From: an uncultured virus (IMG/VR IMGVR_UViG_3300031758_009234)
Taxonomy: Duplodnaviria > Heunggongvirae > Uroviricota > Caudoviricetes
DNA: 20,000 bases
IMG/VR virus record: IMGVR_UViG_3300031758_009234
Coordinates: 56,910-76,909 of that record
Strand: one strand, 5' to 3'
The notes beneath the pieces were generated by a model that saw nothing but the letters and a program-made list of their open reading frames with translations, ran no database searches and was not told the origin of the DNA. Shown here piece after piece: positions 16,472 to 20,000 of this stretch (its first letter is position 1; each line of letters begins with the position of its first letter). Made by a program: the position numbers and the translations under genes.

Positions 16472-17398
16472 ATGAATCGAGTAGGTTATTGTTGTATAAA
16501 CATTTCTATAAATAATGGTAAGAAGAAAAAAGACTTCATAACCGTAAATAGAGGAATGACTAAGAAAACCTTTGAAACAAAAGGTTTAGAATATGTCACT
16601 GAGTTAGCACTCTTGAATATAGATGATATGTTCAAGATTATAAAATGGAATAAGGAAAATGATATATTAGTTTACAGAATGTCTAGTGATATTCTACCTT
16701 GTATCGGATTCTATAAAATAGAAAATCTACCAAAATTTGATATAATATCAAAAAAGTTAAAAGAAATTGGTGACTATGCTAAAAGTGTAGATATGAGATT
16801 ATCATTCCATCCAACCCACTTTTGTATACCTGCTAGTGAAAATCCAGTTGTAGTTAAAAACGCAATTGATGAATTAGATAAACATGCTCAAATTATGGAT
16901 TTAATGGGTTTAGATCAAACTCACTATTATCCAATTAATATACACGTAAACACAACAAAACCAACCAGAGAAGAGGCAGCTGAAAGATTTTGTACTCAAT
17001 TTTATAATTTAAGCGAGTCTTGTAGAAAGAGATTAGTTGTTGAGAATGATGATGGACCTAACCAATACTCAACCAAAATGTTATATGATCTAATATATAC
17101 TAAAATTGGTATTCCAATAACTCATGACTTTCACCATCATAATTACGGACCACAAGATATTTCTCAAGAAGAGGCGATAAAACTTGCTTGTTCCACATGG
17201 GGTGATGTAAAACCAATGACTCACATTAGTTCACCTAAAATATTAGAAGATGCAGCAGGCAGAGAAACAGCACACGCTGACTATATTTATGAAGAGATTC
17301 AAACGTTTGGTCTTGAATTTGATACAGAGATTGAAGCAAAAGCCAAAGATTTGGCGGTTATCAAGTATAGAAGTCAGTTTCAAGTACTCAAAGGCTAA
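16472..17398 (+). CDS. uvsE: UV DNA damage endonuclease (UvsE/UVDE)
   Basis: RVGYCCIN, YRMSSD, RLSFHP, INIH, LVVENDD, DFHHH, HADY, EAKAKDLA; start moved from the TTG at 16391 to the ATG at 16472. Confidence 0.93.
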   Translation: MNRVGYCCINISINNGKKKKDFITVNRGMTKKTFETKGLEYVTELALLNIDDMFKIIKWNKENDILVYRMSSDILPCIGFYKIENLPKFDIISKKLKEIGDYAKSVDMRLSFHPTHFCIPASENPVVVKNAIDELDKHAQIMDLMGLDQTHYYPINIHVNTTKPTREEAAERFCTQFYNLSESCRKRLVVENDDGPNQYSTKMLYDLIYTKIGIPITHDFHHHNYGPQDISQEEAIKLACSTWGDVKPMTHISSPKILEDAAGRETAHADYIYEEIQTFGLEFDTEIEAKAKDLAVIKYRSQFQVLKG

Positions 17399-17663
17399 GT
17401 TTAAAGTAGGTGATGAAGTTTTAATCAAAACACGTATAAATACCTTTGATGGGTTTTTTAAACATGGAATTATATTAGAAGTTGTTTTATCACCTAAACT
17501 ACGTGGTGATAGTCTTGACGAATGGTATTATAGAGTTGAATATGATCCACTTGAAGGTAGAAGTTCGGAAAATCATAAATACACTGATTACTTTAATGAA
17601 ACCGAATTAGATTACACATTACAAACGAAAAGAGATAATAAACTAAAGGAACTTGGATTATGA
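17289..17663 (+). CDS. Hypothetical protein, paralog of 18052..18339; start codon uncertain
   Basis: KFKVGDEV..YFNETELDY..KRDNKLKELGL aligns with 18052..18339; nearest in-frame ATG (17289) lies 110 nt inside uvsE. Confidence 0.6.
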   Translation: MKRFKRLVLNLIQRLKQKPKIWRLSSIEVSFKYSKAKFKVGDEVLIKTRINTFDGFFKHGIILEVVLSPKLRGDSLDEWYYRVEYDPLEGRSSENHKYTDYFNETELDYTLQTKRDNKLKELGL

Positions 17664-18055
17664 AAAATTATATACTCATAAAGTTACCTAATACTATTAA
17701 TTGGTATTCAAAAGGAAAGACTATAACAGATTTAATGTATAGCTCAAAACCTCTTATAACTAATCACACAATTGATAGTTTAATCAGATGTGGCTTACAA
17801 AAAAGTTACCAAGATGATTATAGAAAATATGAAGGTCCGTTCAGTGTTATAGTAGATACTCTTAGACTTGATGGTATAAGAATGGATTATTGGTATGACG
17901 ACCTAAAAGATAAAGGATTTGGAGTTATATCCAGAAATGAATTGGTTATAGATAAAAGGAAATTCGAATCAATTCCTAATATATTTAAAGATTGGTTAAA
18001 CCCCATTATTGTAATGGAGACAAGAGATAATAAACTAAGAGAATTGGGAATATGA
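17660..18055 (+). CDS. Hypothetical protein, 131 aa, with conserved C-terminal tail
   Basis: ATGA overlaps at both ends; ends TRDNKLRELGI. Confidence 0.8.
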   Translation: MKNYILIKLPNTINWYSKGKTITDLMYSSKPLITNHTIDSLIRCGLQKSYQDDYRKYEGPFSVIVDTLRLDGIRMDYWYDDLKDKGFGVISRNELVIDKRKFESIPNIFKDWLNPIIVMETRDNKLRELGI

Positions 18056-18339
18056 TTTGGACTATATGGATATTAATAAAATCACTCTTTAAAAAGAAGG
18101 AAATAAATAAATCTCCTAAGTTTAAAGTTGGTGATGAATTGAAAATTAATAGCGAATTCTATAAAAATAGAGAAGGTGTTGTTTTGGAAGTTTCTGAACA
18201 TTTTGTTGATATATGGATTTATCAAGTTGAAATTAAAATGGATGATGGTTATAATCATATTCAATACTTTAATGAAAACGAATTAGATTATCCATTATGG
18301 AAGAAAAGAGATGATAGATTAAAAGAGTTAGGAATATGA
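18052..18339 (+). CDS. Hypothetical protein, 95 aa (KOW/SH3-like start, conserved C-terminal tail)
   Basis: PKFKVGDEL..YFNENELDY..KRDDRLKELGI; short hydrophobic N-terminus. Confidence 0.8.
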   Translation: MIWTIWILIKSLFKKKEINKSPKFKVGDELKINSEFYKNREGVVLEVSEHFVDIWIYQVEIKMDDGYNHIQYFNENELDYPLWKKRDDRLKELGI

Positions 18340-18536
18340 AAGAAAATACGTTAAGAGAAAATATAAAACCTGGTTTAAGAGTTTTAATAGTTTTAAAGAA
18401 GGATCAGAAAAGTGGAATACTAACAGAAGGTATTGTTAAAGATTTACTAACTAAAGTGCCTAAGCATCACAGAGGTATAAAAGTTAGATTAGAAGATGGC
18501 CAAATAGGAAGAGTGCAAGAAATTTTAGATATATAA
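18336..18536 (+). CDS. ywbE: YwbE family protein (DUF2196)
   Basis: RENIKPGLRVLIVLKKDQKSGILTEGIVKDLLT..HHRGIKVRLEDGQIGRVQ. Confidence 0.9.
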   Translation: MKENTLRENIKPGLRVLIVLKKDQKSGILTEGIVKDLLTKVPKHHRGIKVRLEDGQIGRVQEILDI

Positions 18537-18540
18537 GTCT

Positions 18541-19221
18541 ATGAGAAAAAGTAAATTAGAAAAAATTGTATGGTTCATAGTTATGAACTTTTTAATCATG
18601 TCAAGTGTTTTATCACAAAATGTGGTTAGTAAAAATGGTTTAGTGATTGACCACGGCGACGTTAAACTTTATTTAGATGATGATACAACATCAATGGTAT
18701 CAATACACAAACTAAAATATGAAAACTTTTTAAAACTAGGTAGTGTTGCTAGAGGAAACAACTGGTATGATGATACTTACAAAGGTAAATACTTACCAGT
18801 TAAATATAAGAAAAGTGGATTTGATAAAGGACACTTAACACCTTCACACATAACTACATATGATAGTATTACAAATAGAAATACTTTCAGTATGTTTAAC
18901 GCAGCTCCTCAATATCCGTATTTTAATGAACATCCTTGGCAAGAATTAGAAGCTGATGTAGAAGATAGTATTAAGAAATATAAATCAGATGTTATTATAA
19001 TTACTGGTGTTATTTATAATGAGAATAAGAAAAATTATATACCAAAATCACGAATTAAAATACCAACACATTATTTTAAAATAGTTACAATTGGATCAAA
19101 GACTTGGGTTTGGTTAGGAGTTAATGCTGATGGTAAGAAAGATTGTATAGTTACAGTAACAACACTTGAAGATTTAAACAACCGATTTAAAGTCAATGGT
19201 ATGAAAGTTAGAATTAAATAA
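18541..19221 (+). CDS. DNA/RNA non-specific endonuclease (NucA/EndoG-like) with a predicted signal peptide
   Basis: SGFDKGHL (DRGH-like), TFSMFNAAPQ..FN..W..LE, IPTHYFK; N-terminal basic + hydrophobic segment ending VLS-Q. Confidence 0.88.
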   Translation: MRKSKLEKIVWFIVMNFLIMSSVLSQNVVSKNGLVIDHGDVKLYLDDDTTSMVSIHKLKYENFLKLGSVARGNNWYDDTYKGKYLPVKYKKSGFDKGHLTPSHITTYDSITNRNTFSMFNAAPQYPYFNEHPWQELEADVEDSIKKYKSDVIIITGVIYNENKKNYIPKSRIKIPTHYFKIVTIGSKTWVWLGVNADGKKDCIVTVTTLEDLNNRFKVNGMKVRIK

Positions 19222-19252
19222 AAAAATCCTGTTTTTATAACAGGATTTTTTT
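19220..19252 (+). terminator. Rho-independent terminator
   Basis: A7-TCCTGTT-TTTAT-AACAGGA-T7. Confidence 0.88.
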
Positions 19253-19259
19253 ATCTTTG
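19252..19259 (+). promoter_or_regulatory. Bacteroidota-type -7 promoter element (TAnnTTTG)
   Basis: TATCTTTG, 4 nt upstream of the ATG at 19264. Confidence 0.55.
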
Positions 19260-19263
19260 TACT

Positions 19264-19581
19264 ATGAAAGAAAAAATATTTAAACTGGCTAAAATAGAAG
19301 CCGAATGGATGAGGTACTACGGTCATATCGACTCTAGAATTAGTGAAACTTTTGAAGATATAAACTTTTATGAGAGAATGTTACCAATTGGTTATTCTAA
19401 AGTTTATACACCATTAGTTAATAAATGTCCGATGGGTTATGTCAATAGCTTAGATCTTGAAAAGGTTGAAGTTGTTTATGGTCCGAGAAATCATGAGAAA
19501 GGAGTTTACACACCACTAGAATATGTTATCTACAACAAAGTTGATGGGTATTTAGATTTAATCAAACTGATAAAAGGCTAG
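19264..19581 (+). CDS. Hypothetical protein, 105 aa
   Basis: ATG ORF after a terminator and promoter element; ends with a YTPLE motif. Confidence 0.8.
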   Translation: MKEKIFKLAKIEAEWMRYYGHIDSRISETFEDINFYERMLPIGYSKVYTPLVNKCPMGYVNSLDLEKVEVVYGPRNHEKGVYTPLEYVIYNKVDGYLDLIKLIKG

Positions 19582-20000
19582 TTTGAAATTACTTCAATAC
19601 CCAATTTTAATTTACTCAAATATTCCATATTATAATCTTCTATATAATAATTTGGATACTCATCTTTAATATTATCTGATGCACCTATTATAGTATTTAC
19701 CAAACTCTTTAATTCATCACACCAATTGGAAATTTCACTATTGGAATCTGGGATACTTTCAATGTATTTTTCTATTTTTATACCTATTATTTCTTTTTCG
19801 TAATCACCATTTTCTGATCTAAAATATTTTTCTATTTCGGAATGCAATAGAAAATCACTCTCAAGCCATCTATCATATTTTTTATATTGATATTTATAAT
19901 AAACTTTAGAATTATCAATTTCTATTAAGTCAATTAGACAATTCGTAACATATTCCAAGTCAAGTTCTTCTTTCTTCTTACCACCAATAGAGATAGCTTC
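19578..20000 (-). CDS. Hypothetical protein, 5' end outside the window
   Basis: Frame stays open past the TTG at 19958 to the window edge (EAISIGGKKKEELD-LEY...). Confidence 0.7.
   Translation of the reverse strand, partial: EAISIGGKKKEELDLEYVTNCLIDLIEIDNSKVYYKYQYKKYDRWLESDFLLHSEIEKYFRSENGDYEKEIIGIKIEKYIESIPDSNSEISNWCDELKSLVNTIIGASDNIKDEYPNYYIEDYNMEYLSKLKLGIEVISN

Noticed and set aside
17243..18264. Antisense ORFs at 17243-17428 and 18082-18264
   Set aside because: Shadow ORFs opposite uvsE and the tail-bearing genes
17631..18339. CRISPR array or integron attC interpretation of the 33-nt repeats
   Set aside because: Repeats are degenerate at synonymous positions, protein-coding, non-palindromic and 280-390 nt apart; no cas or integrase gene in the window
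1..20000. Stop-codon reassignment, tRNA/rRNA genes or introns
   Set aside because: Recognised genes are full length in the standard code; TAA, TGA and TAG all terminate ORFs; intergenic gaps are short and show no cloverleaf or intron signature by eye

Overview
AT-rich, gene-dense window that reads as part of a large (jumbo-type) phage genome. The host is most plausibly a Bacteroidota species: three + strand and one - strand gene have a TAnnTTTG promoter element, Shine-Dalgarno sites are largely absent, and a secreted nuclease has Gln at +1. Recognisable genes: a TagD-like cytidylyltransferase, T4 Rnl1-type RNA ligase, GT2 glycosyltransferase, an orphan dnaK, a NUDIX hydrolase, a 5'(3')-deoxyribonucleotidase, a complete prkA/yeaG-yeaH-spoVR/ycgB triad, a stand-alone class III adenylate cyclase, a free-standing GIY-YIG/AP2 homing endonuclease, a UvsE/UvdE UV-damage endonuclease, YwbE and a non-specific endonuclease. 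The most interesting unexplained structure is two apparent protein tagging systems. (1) Five to six unrelated proteins, including the cyclase and the nucleotidase, share an N-terminal leader resembling the T4 capsid-targeting sequence, and their genes all lie under the same TTAATATATA upstream motif. (2) At least five small proteins share a C-terminal R-D/E-x-K-L-x-x-L-G/L tail. All functional calls come from motif recognition by eye; no database searches were run.
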